From the NCBI RefSeq assembly GCF_030028105.1, contig NC_092370.1, positions 236,016,005-236,080,004 of the forward strand: a stretch of DNA of 64,000 bases, given 5' to 3'. The notes under the pieces are model-generated. The model saw nothing but the letters and a program-made list of their open reading frames with translations, was not told the DNA's origin and did not search any database. The translations under genes and the position numbers were made by a program. Of this stretch, positions 12,629-25,433 are shown piece by piece. The first letter of the stretch is position 1. Every line of letters begins with the position of its first letter. This stretch comes from Mobula birostris (Eukaryota).

Positions 12629-14904
12629 ATTGCCTGACCCACTGAGTTCCACCAGCATTTTGTGTGTATTGCTCTGTATTTGCAGCATCTACAGAACTTC
12701 TCGTGTTTATAATAGACTCTTCATCCTTTGAGTTGAGAATGTGATGAGGAGGTAACTTCTTGAAAAGCTGCAGTTCGTATGGTGTTGGTGAAGTCATCAC
12801 AGGAATCCCATTTGTGTCAGAGAGGAGAATAAGACATTCTAGGATTATGATCCAGTGGTGACAAAATCTGTGATAATTTCATTGTAATCTTCCTCAGTGA
12901 CTTGTTTTATTCCACAAATGCTGACCCCTGTGGTGTCACTAGTTTAGAACAAAATTCCCCAGTACTCTGGGCATACTTTTAAAGTAGTTAGAGCAAAGTA
13001 TGGGGGAATGGGCAGAGGGAATGTCAGAGATAAGTTTTTTACACAGCGTGTTGTGAGAGATTGGAAAGCCCTGCCAGGGACTCAGGTTGAGTCAGATACA
13101 TTAGGGGCATTTAAGAGACACTTATGTAGGCACATAGATGAAAATAGAGAAAGATTAGATTGATATTAGAGTAGGTTAAAAAGTTAACACATTTTGGGCC
13201 AGAGTCCCTGTACTTTGCTGCAAAATTCTTACGTACTATGTTCTGCCTTGGTTTATTCTTCAAAGTTTCAAAGGTTTCAAGTACATGTATTATCAAAGTA
13301 TATATGCAGTACGAGATTCGTCTTCCTGCAGGAAGCCAAGAAACAAAGAAACACCGTGAAAACCATTCAAAGAAAACATCAAGGACCCAACGTGAAAAAA
13401 TAACAAATTAAGAAACAGCAAGAAGCAAGCGAATAACACACAAAAAAAATTAAACATCAAATGGCAGAGTCCTTGAAACAGTCGAGGAATACTCAGTGTA
13501 GTTCAATTCAGCTTGTGTCGTTCATTGATTGCAGGCCACAGAGCAAGTCCGCATCTACAATTAAAAGAAAGCTATAAAAATGTGTTACCAGAAACCAGGA
13601 ACACATGTAATATGAATTGCAGAGTCCTCTAAAGACTAGTGCAATCCACAAACCATGTTGATCAAACCTTGCCCAAGACCCAAGATTTCTGCACCCTCCT
13701 CTGGCAGCAGTGAACGAGAGGGACAAAGCTGTTTGCCACCTTGTTGCCACCTTCACACTCTTTCTGTGCCTTGTTTATTACCTTTCCTCCACAAACAAGC
13801 TTGAAATTAGGGGAACCCCCTTCATTTAGCGGTGTTGGTTTGTTACCATCACATGTACTGAAATACAGTGGAAAAACTTTTGCTTGTATGCCTGTTGACA
13901 GATCATTCTATACACAAGTACACTGAGAGTAAAAATGAAAACACCATACAGAACATAGTGCTATAGTGAGAGAGAAAGTGCAGTGCAGGTAGACAAATAA
14001 CACTCAAGGACTGTGATGAAGTCAATGGGCAGATCAAGAGTTCATTCTATAGCAGATGAGAAGTCTGTTCTAGAGTCTGATGGTAAGACATGGCTGTTCC
14101 TGAACCTAGTGGCTCACAAGCTTTTCTATCTTCTGCCTGACAAGAGAGAGGTGAAGGGAGAATGACCAGGATGGGAGGCATCCTTGGCTTCTTTCCCGAG
14201 GCGGCAACAAGTGCAGATAAGGTCTACAAAGGGGACGCTGCTTTGCATAATGGATTGTGTACAAGCATTATGATAAACTGCATTTTAAAGAGATACTTTT
14301 TACTTGCAAGTGTCAACTGTTCACTCCATCTCCAGCACACCAGCCTACCTGCCATAAAGAACGTATATTCAGAAAAGGGCCAGTAATGCCATGAAGGATC
14401 CCACCCACACTGTTCCTGGACTGCTTGTCCTCCCATCAGGAAGGAGTTTACGTAGCATCCACACCAGGACCATCAGACTCAGAAAGAGTTACTTTCCTTA
14501 AATAGTAAGGCTGATCAATACCTCCACCCACTAACCCACCACGCCACACCCCTACTACCATTACTTTATCTTTTCCTGTCAGAGTCACCTTATATGCAGT
14601 CACTGCTGTGTCTAGTGCCACTTTATGGACATATAATCAATCTATGTGTATTAGCTATCTAACGTATTTCTTGTGTTTGTTATTATTGTGTTCTTTAGCT
14701 TATGTTTTTTTGTGTGCAGCATCAAAGTTGCAAAGTTTTAAAGTACTGCCTAAGTATGTACACAATATACAACCTTTTGTCTTCCTGCATGCAGCCACAA
14801 AACAAAGAAACACCATGGAACTGATCGAAAGAAAACATTAAACACCCAACATGTGAAAAAAAGAATCATGCAAACAGCAAAAAGTGAGCGAATAACACAC
14901 AGAA

Positions 14905-16153
14905 TCACACTTACTGGAGTTCTTTGAGGACGTAATGAGTGCAGTGGATAGAGGAGAACAGGTGGGTGTTGTATACTTGGATTTCCAGAAGGCGTTCGAT
15001 AAGGCGCCGCACAAGAGACTTATAAATAAGATACGGATGCATGGAGTCGGAGGAAGTGTATTGGCATGGATAGTAGATTGGTTAACCAATAGAAGGCAGA
15101 GAGTTGGTATAAATGGGTGTTTCTCCAGTTGGCAGTCAGTGGTGAGTGGGGTGCCACAGGGGTCGGTGCTGGGCATGCAACTGTTTACCATTTACATTGA
15201 TGATTTGGAAGAGGGAACTGAGTGTAGTGTAGCAAAATTTGCTGATGACACTAAACTGAGTGGAAAAGCAAATTTTACAGAGAATGTGGAGTGTCTGCAG
15301 AGGGATGTAGATAAGTGAGTGGGCCAAGGTGTGGCAGATGGAATACAGCGTTGGTAAATGCGAGATCATCCACTTTGCAAGGAATAATAGAAGAGCAGAT
15401 TATTATTTAAATGGTGAAAGATTGCAGCATACTGTTGTGTTGAGGGACTTGGGAGTGCTTGTACATGAATGGCAAAAAGTTGACTTGCAGGCAGAACAGG
15501 TTATTAAGAAAGCAAATGGAATGTTAGAGGTATTGAATTCAAGAGCAGGGAGGTCATGCCGCAACTATACAGGGTACTGGTGAGGCCGCACCTGGAGTAC
15601 TGTGTGCAGTTCTGGTCTCCATACTTGAGGAAGGATATACTGGCTTTGGAGGCAGTGCAGAGGAGGTTCACCAGGTTGATTCCAGGGATGAAGGGGCTAA
15701 CCTATGAGGAGAGATTGAGTCACCTGGGACTATACTCTCTGGAATTCAGAAGAATGAGAGGGGATCTTATAGAAACATACAAAATTTTGAAAGGGATAGA
15801 TAAGATAGAAGTAGGAAAGTTGTTTCCATTGGTAGGTGAGACTAGAACTAGAGGACATTGCCTCAAGATTCAGGGGAGAAGATTTCGGATGGAGACGAGG
15901 AGAAACTGCTTTTCCCAGAGAGTGGTGAATCTGTGGAATTCTCTGCCCAGGGAAGCAGTTGAGGCTTCTTCACTAAATATATTTAGTTAGATAGGTTTTT
16001 ACATAGTAAGGGAATTAAGGGTTATGGGGAAAAGGCAGGTAGATGGAGCTGAGTTTACGGACAGATCAGCCGTGATCTTATTGAATGGCAGGGCAGGCTC
16101 GATGGGCCAGATGGCTTACTCCTGTTCCTATTTGTTATGGTCTTATGTTCTTA
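14905..16153 (+). mobile_element. CR1 LINE, 5'-truncated ORF2 (RT domain and C-terminus)
   Basis: YLDFQKAFDK, GVPQGSVLG, KFADDTKL, RPHLEYCVQFWSP. TCTTATG-type tail. Confidence 0.95.
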
Positions 16154-18759
16154 TATTAAACATCAAACGTTCATGTCCTTGAAACTGTCTCGGAGTGACA
16201 GCCACTGTGTCAGTTCAGTTTAGCAGTGTGTCAAAGTGCAGGCCTCAGAAACAGAGACAGTTCCACGTCAAAGCACCTCGATCAAATCATGCAGAAATCA
16301 AAAAAGAGTAACCAGAAACACATGGAACATGAACTGCAGAGGTCTCCAAAAAACAAGTCCACAGCTATAGAGTGCATTCAATGCTGAAGATGTTAAACAT
16401 CAAGTAAAGTCATTTTTCTATTATCAAAGTACACGTGTGAGTCCCACAGCCACGAGCCACGATCAAACCTTGCAGCCTGGAGCCCACGATTCCCGTATCT
16501 TCCTCTGGCAGCAGTCAAACCAGTCAAACACAGGCAGACAGCACTGAACACCCACTTGCCTTCAGCTCTCGTCCTCGTCAAGTTCAGCCTTACTCCGCGC
16601 TTTAATCGGTGAGGGGTAATGGTGCTATGATGAAACGATGGACACACACTCTGCTCCCAACCTTGTCGAATTCACCCAGAAACAGGAAAAGCACCAAATC
16701 ACTCAGTCGGCCCAAATATACATCATCAAAATGGAGATTATCGGCTGCAATTCATTGCAGTGCAGGAGAAGAAGCATATATAAAGGAAGAAGAAGTCGTT
16801 TTGTGAGCTGTCTGCAGGATGTCAGCTTTGGTTGTGTTGGTCACTGACGCCATCTTGAATGTCAGATCTAGAGTAACAATTATTTTGTTCTCCTTCACAC
16901 TTGTGCACTGGAAATGACGTTAAGCAATCATGACGTGTTGAGCCACTGATATCCTTTGCATTATGCATAACCTATGGTACAGCCTTAGAGCTAATCAGCA
17001 CAGAAACAGAATTATCATTCCAACGAATCCACACCAACTATCAAACACCCACTTACACTTCTCCCATTTTATCCTTCCCAGATTCCTCCCAGATCCCAGA
17101 TTCTACCGTCACCACTTTACTTACACACTAGGCCCAATTTACAGTTCCTACTTAATCTACCCCCAGAAGAAGGCAACGCCAAACCACTTCTGTAGAAAAA
17201 ACTGCCAAGATCAATCATGGTCATGGAAAGACCATGATCACCCATGTCATACGACACAGCACAAAACAAACAAACTAACTAATCTACCAATTTGTACATT
17301 CTTACGATGTGAGAAAGAACTAGAGCATCCAGAAGAAACACGTGCAGTCACAGGGAGAACGTGCAAACTCCACACCGACAGCTCTGGAAGTCTGAATTAA
17401 GCTGCATCGCTGGAAACGTGAGGCAGCAGCTCTACTAGCTGTACTACAGTGGCGCCTAGGTCTTGGATCTCCGAGAAATACTTGACATATTACAAAGCTT
17501 GAACTGTCTCATACTCCACATTAATGTAAGATTTTCTACTTCAAAGAATCGGGGCGGACATGGATGAAAAATAGGATTGTTAAGTTTACTTGCTGGTTTT
17601 CTGTCTACTTGCAAGTCTTACCTCCACAGATGGAAGTAGCTACTGATACTCAGTGATACCTAAGGTAGAGATATTAAGCTGAGGTCTTGACCATATAAGC
17701 AAGTGAAAAATAGTATAATGGATAATGGGGCTCTGTTATAGAAGGGGGAGTTCAAATATCATATGAAGGTTGATAATAATTTCAACGAGAAGCCAATTAG
17801 ATAGTTAATGAGCTGACAAATTAATACTCATCTGCAGAGAACTAGCTCTCTGGAACGGCATGTTGATAGAATGTGCTATTGCACTGCATCACGGAACCTT
17901 AATAGCTTTCTGAGGGCATGCAATCCAACTCAATGTAAACCAGGCTTTTTAGAGGAGGTTCCAGAGATGTCCAGTATCACTAGTAAATGAAGCTCTTCTT
18001 CTTTGCAGTCCCAAAGCTGAATCAAGTGTGACAGTGCTGAAATCCAATCTTACACATAGACATTTTACACTTTACACCAGGCTCTTATCAGTGACCAATG
18101 CAACTGTTCTACAAAGTGAAGAGAATGGCTTAAGAAATTCAGAGGAGCTTTGACAGCTGATAAAGTAACATGTCCCTCCCCCTTCTAAAGTTTCATGTAT
18201 TGCTTACAATTTCCCATAAATATTTCACAAATTTTTGACAAATATACACTTTTAATAATTTAACATTATCTGTATGGAAATTTGGATACATGGAGAACAT
18301 CTGGAGGATTTGAAAGTGAAAGAAGGCTTATCTGATCTACAACCCATGTGATTTTCTGTCCGTCAGTTATAATATTTGTTAAGTTGTACAGATCATGAAT
18401 ACTTTCACATCTAGATTCCCCTTGTGCAATAGTTGTAAAAGCTAGGTCTGTATGTCAACAGGTTTATGCTTACAAGTTCGCAATAACTCACACACTTTTT
18501 TCTTGCAGAGGTCAACAATAAAAAGACTATAAGTCAAGTTCATCGTCTTACTGTATATATATATACAATCAAATGAAACAACATTTTTCCAGACCACGGT
18601 GCACCCACAAAAGGGGTGGGGAAATTGCCCTTGTGTTATATTAGAAGTCTTACACTAACCAATGGTCTATTTTATACCCTATTCTTGGTTGGGGCAACTG
18701 TAACGAAAATCAATTTCCCTCGGAATCAATGAAGTATGACTATAACTATGACTATGACT

Positions 18760-19140
18760 ATACTCTGCCGATCCACGACTGTGCTGCAACACACAGCTCG
18801 AACCACATCACCAAGTTCGTTGATGACACGACCGTGGTGGATCTCATCAGCAAGAACGATGAGTCAGAATACAGAGAGGAGGTGCAGTGGCTAATGGACA
18901 GGTGCAGAGCCAACAACCTGTCTCTGAATGTGAACAAAACAAAAGAGATGGTTGTTGACTTCAGGAGGACACGGAGCAACCACTCTCCGCTGAACATCGA
19001 CGACTCCTCCGAAGAGATCGTTAAGAGCACCAAATTTCTTGGTGTTCACCTGGCAGAGAACCTCACCTGGTCCCTCGACACCAGCTCCATAGCAAAGAAA
19101 GCCCAGCAGCATCTCTACTTCCTGCGAAGGCTGAGAAAAG
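18760..19140 (+). mobile_element. Rex1/L2-type LINE RT fragment
   Basis: KFVDDTTVV...LSLNVNKTKEMVVDFRR...KFLGVHLAENLTWS...KKAQQHLYFLRRLRK. Confidence 0.85.
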
Positions 19141-19726
19141 TCCCATTCCCATTCTGATATGTCTATCCACCGCCTCCTCTACTGTCAAGATGAAGCCACA
19201 CTCAAGTTGAAGGAACAACACCTTATATTCTGTCTGGGTAGCCTCCAACCTGATGGCCTGAACATTGACTTCTCTAACTTCCGTTAATGCCCCTACTCCC
19301 CTTCTTACCCCATCCCTTATTTATTTATTTATTTATTTATTTCTGTCTTTTTTTTTTCTCCCTCTGTCCCTCTCACTATAACTCCTTGCTCATTCTCTGG
19401 GCTCCCCTCCCCTTTCTTTCTCCCTAGGCCTTCCATACCATGATCCTCTCCCTTCTCCAGCCTTGTATCCCTTTTGCCAATCAACTTTCCAGCTCTCAGT
19501 TCCATCCCTCCCCCTCCGGTCTTCTCCTATCATTTCTGATCTCCCCATCCCCCTCCCACTTTCAAATCTCTTTCTATCTTTTCTTTCAGTTAGTCCTGAC
19601 GAAGGGTCTCGGCTCGAAACGTCGACTGTACCTCTTCCTATAGATGCTGCCTGGCCTGCTTCATTCACCAGCATTGTTTATGTGTGTTGCTTGAATTTCC
19701 AGCATCTGTAGATTTCCTCGTGTTTG
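19141..19726 (+). mobile_element. Penelope-like element 3' end: GIY-YIG C-terminus plus pLTR
   Basis: Encodes HSDMSIHRLLYCQDEATLKLKEQHLIFCLGSLQPDGLNIDFSNFR*, followed by the pLTR with hammerhead. Confidence 0.88.
19592..19627 (+). ncRNA. Minimal type I hammerhead ribozyme motif (PLE type), intact core
   Basis: AGTC-CTGACGA-A-GGGTCTCGGCTC-GAAA-CGTC-GACT: stem I AGTC/GACT, palindromic ACGT stem III, GUC cleavage triplet. Confidence 0.75.
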
Positions 19727-19997
19727 CCCAGCCATTATCAATACTCTTCAGGGAATGTCTGCCTGTCGTCAGTGGTTGTATAACCAAGACTTGTGATGTG
19801 CATCAGCTGTTCATACGACCATCCACCACCTGGTCTCGTGGCTTCACGTGACCCTGATCAGGGAGCTAAGCAGGTGCTACACCTTTCCCAAGGGTGACCT
19901 ACAGGTTAGTGGAGGGAAGGAGCGCCATACACCTCCCTTGGTAAATATGTATTTCCACCAACCTGCCCAGAGTTCAAACTGCCTGCAGTAAAATATT

Positions 19998-20606
19998 CAA
20001 ACACAAGGAAATCTGCAGATGCTGAAATTTCAAGCAAAACACATAAAAGCTGCTGGTGAACGCAGCAGGCCAGGCAACATCTCTAGGAAGAAGTACAGTC
20101 GACGTTTCGGGCCGAAACCCTTCGTCAGGACTAACTGAAAGAAGAGCTAGTAAGAGATTTGAAAGTCGGAGGGGGAGGGGGAGATCCGAAATGATAGGAG
20201 AAGACAGGAGGGGGAGGGATGGAGCCAAGAGCTGGACAGTCGATCGGCAAAAGAGCTATGAGAGGATCATGGGACAGGAGGCCTAGGGAGAGACACGTTC
20301 CAAGAAAGGATATATGGCTGTGATAGCGAGTCTGAGTCAAAATGTGGTCGAAAAGTTGAAGAGCCGAAGAAATTAAAGATAGGGAGGAGTGAGAGATGGT
20401 TTCACTGAACTCCCGTTGAAGAGAAGATTTAAACTTCTTCAGTGTAGGCATCAGTGGAAGAGGTTTCGCAGTAGTGAATTTAAAAACGCATACACGAGGA
20501 AATCTGCAGATGCTGGAATTTCAAGCAACACACATAAAAGTTGCTGGTGAACGCAGCAGGTCAGGCAGCATCTCTAGGAAGAGGTACCAGCAACTTTTAT
20601 GTGTGT
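19998..20606 (-). mobile_element. Internally deleted non-autonomous PLE with tandem pLTRs, a short inverted end and a 14-bp TSD
   Basis: TSD TGCAGTAA(A/G)ATATT at 19984-19997 and 20607-20620. pLTR end repeated at about 19998 and 20487. ORF start MPTLKKFKSSLQREF...LTQTRYHSHISFLGTCL. Confidence 0.85.
20097..20132 (-). ncRNA. Minimal type I hammerhead ribozyme motif, best-preserved copy
   Basis: AGUC CUGACGA A GGGU-UUCG-GCCC GAAA CGUC GACU. Confidence 0.8.
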
Positions 20607-21339
20607 TGCAGTAAGATATTATTCATTACAGAAGATATTCATATCAACCAAATGTAAACATTAAGTGCAAGTAAGTCATGTTCATTCTGCAGCTTCCATC
20701 CATAGGAAAAAAGCATTCTGAATGAACCAACTGCCTATGTAGAACAGGGAACACAATCGGAGTTCTTCCTCAAACTGAATGTTTGTTTACTGTAACTAGA
20801 AGTTATAGATCAAAATGTCCAAATGAGCCAGAAATTTGAATAAATCCATTTTGAACAAGTTCCGAGATGATTGGTACCATGGGCCTCATTGAGTCAACAC
20901 AATGCAACCTCAGTGACAATTACCAACCATAGGTGGCATTCGATTTGTACATAGTGTATATCTTTTCTTATTACTGTCTACTCAGTCCATGTGGTCACCT
21001 CACGGATGATATACAGTGATATCCCTGGATGAAGTTTCACCAGCCTTCATTCTATCTCTGACATCAAGCACCAGGTCTGTAGATCTTCCTTTGCTCCATC
21101 TGCAGAATTTGAACCTCACTATTTTACCTAAGCAATTAAGGAGAAATCTTTAAACCATGGGCTAAGCAGATCACTACAAAGTTCAGTATCTCCTCCAATT
21201 CATTTTGTTATATCATGGTTATAATTCAGCATCCTTTTGTTTTAGTCAAAGTTAGCATCTAGGCTAGTTAGCAAGTATTAGGTTCTTCCCACGATGCACG
21301 TCATCTGTTCATTACGTGTAGCACCTCATAGCGGGGAAG

Positions 21340-21882
21340 CAAAACACAAAATGCTGGAGGAACTCAGCAGGTCAGGCAGCATCTATGGAAATGAATAAAC
21401 AATCAATGTTTCAGGCCGAGAACCTTCATCAGGATTGAGAAGGTAGGGTGGGAGGGGGAGATGCCAGAATAAAAAGGTTGGGTGGGGTGGGGGGAGAGAA
21501 GGTGATAGGTGAAGCTAGGTGGGTAGGAAAGGTCAATGGCTGGAGAAGAAGGCTGTGGTAGCGGGTCTGGGTGAGTACATGGGCGAAGAGGAAGACAGCA
21601 GAGATCACAGAGGGGGAGCAGCAAGGGAGGGTTTCACAACTCCCATTGAAGAGAAGATTCAAAGTTCTTCTGGGTAGGCATCCCTCGAAGAGACTTCGCA
21701 TGACGCAGCAGGTCATCAACACGGGAGATTCTGCAGAGAAATCCAGAGCAACACACACAAAATGCTGGAGGAACTCAGCAGGTTTATTCATTTCCATAGA
21801 CGCTGTCTGACCTGCGGAGTTCCTCCAGCACTTTGTGTGCGTTGTTTTAGATTTCCAGCATCCGCAGACTTTCTCCTGTTTA
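21340..21882 (-). mobile_element. Older deleted PLE (pLTR + ORF start + pLTR + inverted pLTR tail); hammerhead motif 21401-21436
   Basis: Shares LTQTRYHS with the 20131-20451 ORF. Inverted arms at about 21718-21783 and 21810-21882. Motif AATC CTGATGA...GAAA CATT GATT. Confidence 0.75.
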
Positions 21883-24229
21883 TCACAGCTGTGAATGTCG
21901 TGGGTATGCTATGATGGCGCCAAAAATGTGGCGCCACTTTCAGGTTGTCTAGCATGATCTTCGTTGATCTGATTTGACACAACACGACGGATTTCTCTAT
22001 AGGTTTGATGTAGATGTGATGAATAAAGCTAATATTTCTTTAATCCCAATTAATAGCAGAAGCAATACACACTATGTGCCCACTTCATACTTCAACACCC
22101 TTTCTTCAGCACCTTCAGTAAGAACTTGCTGGTTACTCTCAGACATTTTCTTTCTATTGCCGGGTCTTTCAGCCTTTATGAAGTAAGTTAAGTATTTAGT
22201 ACAAGTTTAATTAGAAAGCTCATTAAGAGTGATAATTATATAACTCAAAATATTTCCCAGTGTAGCAGTACCTCAGTATAACATGTAACAAACCATTTAC
22301 AGCTTTTGTCACTACAAAAGATTTGTATGCATGGGAAGTAGGGAAAATGTGCACATTACAGAGGGGGCAATGGGCTCGTTTTCAACAAATCTGAATCTGA
22401 AGGCAGGCCTGGTTGAAGCATTTTATTCAGAAAACTTGTATTATTACAGGTATGATGCTGGGCCAAGCTGTCAAATATATTTCTGAGATGAAAAATCAAA
22501 GGAAGAACTTTTACAATCATGTTCTTCCATAGGCAGTCTTCTGGGGATTCAGCCGTAAACAACAGCTTGTCAGATGCAACCAGTCTCTTTGAAAATGTGG
22601 TGATGATATTATCAAAAGGAGAAGTGCTCATCTTCCTAGTGAAACTATAGAACTTTCCCTTGGTAATTCCTGATTTTAGAGCTTTGTTTTACACTGTTTA
22701 TTTCTGAACTTTGTCTTCTGTCATGTGAAATGATTCTTCTTCTGTTAGGGCTACATTTCCATATAACTACACTTAGCGGGAATATGTCTTCAAATCTCTG
22801 AAGAGGGTCTTGAACTAAAGAACAAAAGTCCTGGTGCAAAGCCAAGGCTGTCACCCAATGAAACTCAGAGTGTACATCCACACGTCCTGCTACATTAACT
22901 GGATAATGTATTTTACAAGGTCTTGTTAAGGTATGGAAGCTATTTCACCAAAACCTACTGGCAATATACCAGAGTGCATTAATAAAAACAGCTTGAAGAG
23001 TGCAAAATATTTATTATATCATAAAATAAAGCATTTACAAGTTTTGCCACATTACAAATGATGACTACTGCATACAAAACAACAATTCATCTCACCTTTA
23101 TCTTTGAACATAAGAAAGCACAAATGCTGAAAATTGCCATAGTGCTTTCATATCTGCTTTTAACTCAAGACTGTGGTCAATCCCACTTCACAGGCGTGCT
23201 AACCTTCTTTTACCAGAACAAATTCTCTCACTCAGTAACGTATTACTGAAAGGAAAATAGATTCATTTTCAACAAATCTGAATCTGAAGGGAGGCCCGAT
23301 TGAGGACAGGCAGGGATGGAATGTTCCACTTGTCAGCTGTCCAACGGTATTAACTTTATATAACTAACTGGAAAGGAAAAGAAAATAAGCACTCAAATAT
23401 TGGACTTTAGAGAATGGCATTTGCTAACTTTCTATTTGTGCCAATGCATGTTCTTGCTTTGATCTTCCCTACAGCACCCTAATTAAAACACTTGCAAAAT
23501 AATTCAATATGAACACAGGCTTTAAGCAAGCAACAACAATCTGGTGTACCGTTTGTATATTCTGCCTGATTTTCATTTTATAAAGTAGCTGAAAATATGT
23601 CTTTAATTTCCTTTTTAGAGTGCATGGACCAACATGCATTGTCGGGAAGAGCACTTCAAAATAGCTTGTGTAAAACTTACTAAATTTAATCTTAAACACA
23701 AGAGATTCTGCAGATGCTGGAAATTCAGAGTGACACACACAAAATGATGGAGGGGCATTTCCTGATGTCTCAGCTCAAAACCTTCTTACCACAAATGCAG
23801 CCTGACCTGCTGAGTTCTTCCTGCATTTTATAAATTTAATCTTACACCATTTGCTTTTCCTGAAAAAGATCAATAAGCAGACCTCTCCAACTCTTTTTGT
23901 TATGATATATGCACAGCCCTTCTGAATGCAGCAAAAGGCAGCAGAGGAACAAAAATACCATGTTTATGCTAATTTATAGATATCATTTAATTACAGGTAC
24001 TGAGACGTTAGACACTTGAAGAGTACCTCTTCTCCTTTAGTGATAGTCAGTTCTAAACAGTTTACATTCTCTGGGGAAAAAAAACGATTTATTTAGGATT
24101 ACAAGGTATTTGGTCTTCATAATTGTCCACAAAATTTGTTTCTTCAATCAAGGTTTTGATCATTTGTTCCAATGTCTTCGTTATGTGGCATAAGGTCAAA
24201 TTTGTTTATGCTCCTATGGGGTATGTTGG

Positions 24230-25433
24230 AGCAAGACAGACAAAGGAGGCAGTGGATGTTGCTTATCAGGATTTTGAAAAGGACTGATGAAGCACTGCAC
24301 AAGGCTGCTAAGCAAGATAGGAGCCCATAGTATTACAAGGAAGATACTAGCACAGAGAGGAGATTGGCTAACTGGCAGAAAGCAGAGAGTAGGTATAAAG
24401 AGGGCCTTTCCTGGTTGGCTACCAGTGACTGGTGGTAGCCACAGGGGTTGGTGTTGGGTCCGCTACTTTTTACGTTATATGTTAATGATCTGAATGACGG
24501 AATTGCTGGCTACCCAGCAAATTGACCAATTTCATAGTAGTATAATTTGAAAATAAATGAACCTTTGAAACTACTGTGGTCAGGTTTAAAGAGGATACAA
24601 AGATAGGTAGAGGGGTAGGTAGTGTGGAGGAAGCAGGACATCTGCAGAAGGACTTAGACAGATTAGAATAGGCAAAGAAGTGGCAGATGAAATACACTTC
24701 AGTAGAAGGAATAAAGGCATAGACTATTTTCTACACGGGAAGCAAATTCAGGAATTGGAGATGGAAAGGAACTTGGGAGTCCTAGTGCAGGATTTCCTAT
24801 AGGCTAACTTGTTGGTTAAGTTGGTAATAAAGAAAGCAAAAGCAATGTCAGCATTCATTTCGAGAGGAGTAGAATATAAAAGCAAGGGTGTAATTCTGTT
24901 TCTTTATAAGGCATTGTTCAGACTCTACTTGAATTATTGTGAGCCCCTTATTTAAGAAAGGATGTGTTGACATTGGAGAGGGTCCAGAGGAGTATCGCAA
25001 AAATGATCTGAAAATGAAAGGAAGTGTTTAATGGCTTTGGGCCTGTACTCTCTAAAGTACAGAAGAATGTGGGGCAGTGGGGTGGGGATCTCACTGAAAC
25101 ATCTGAGTATTGAAAGGCCTAGACAGAGTGGAGATGGAGAGGATGTTTACAATAATGGGAGAGTCTAGGATCGGAGGGCACAGACCCTTTAGAGCAGATG
25201 AGGAACTTCTTTAGCCAGATAGTGGTGACTCTGTGGAATTCATTGCCACAGACGGAGTTTCTGGTATATTTAAAGTGCAGATTGATAAGTTCTTGAGTGG
25301 TGAGGGTGTCAAATGTTATGGGGAGAAGACAGGAGATTATGGTTGAGAGGGAAAGTAAATTAGCCATGATTGAATGGTGGAACTGACTCAATGAGCCAAA
25401 TGACATTAATTCTGCGTCGGTGTCTTATGGTCT
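24230..25433 (+). mobile_element. Decayed CR1 LINE
   Basis: DWLTGRKQRVGI. Collinear with 14905-16153. CR1 tail TCTTATGGTCT. Confidence 0.85.

Noticed and set aside
22356-22881. Two adjacent - strand ORFs (91 and 78 aa) as a protein-coding gene
   Set aside because: No recognisable motif, no consistent splice phases, and stops between and upstream of them.
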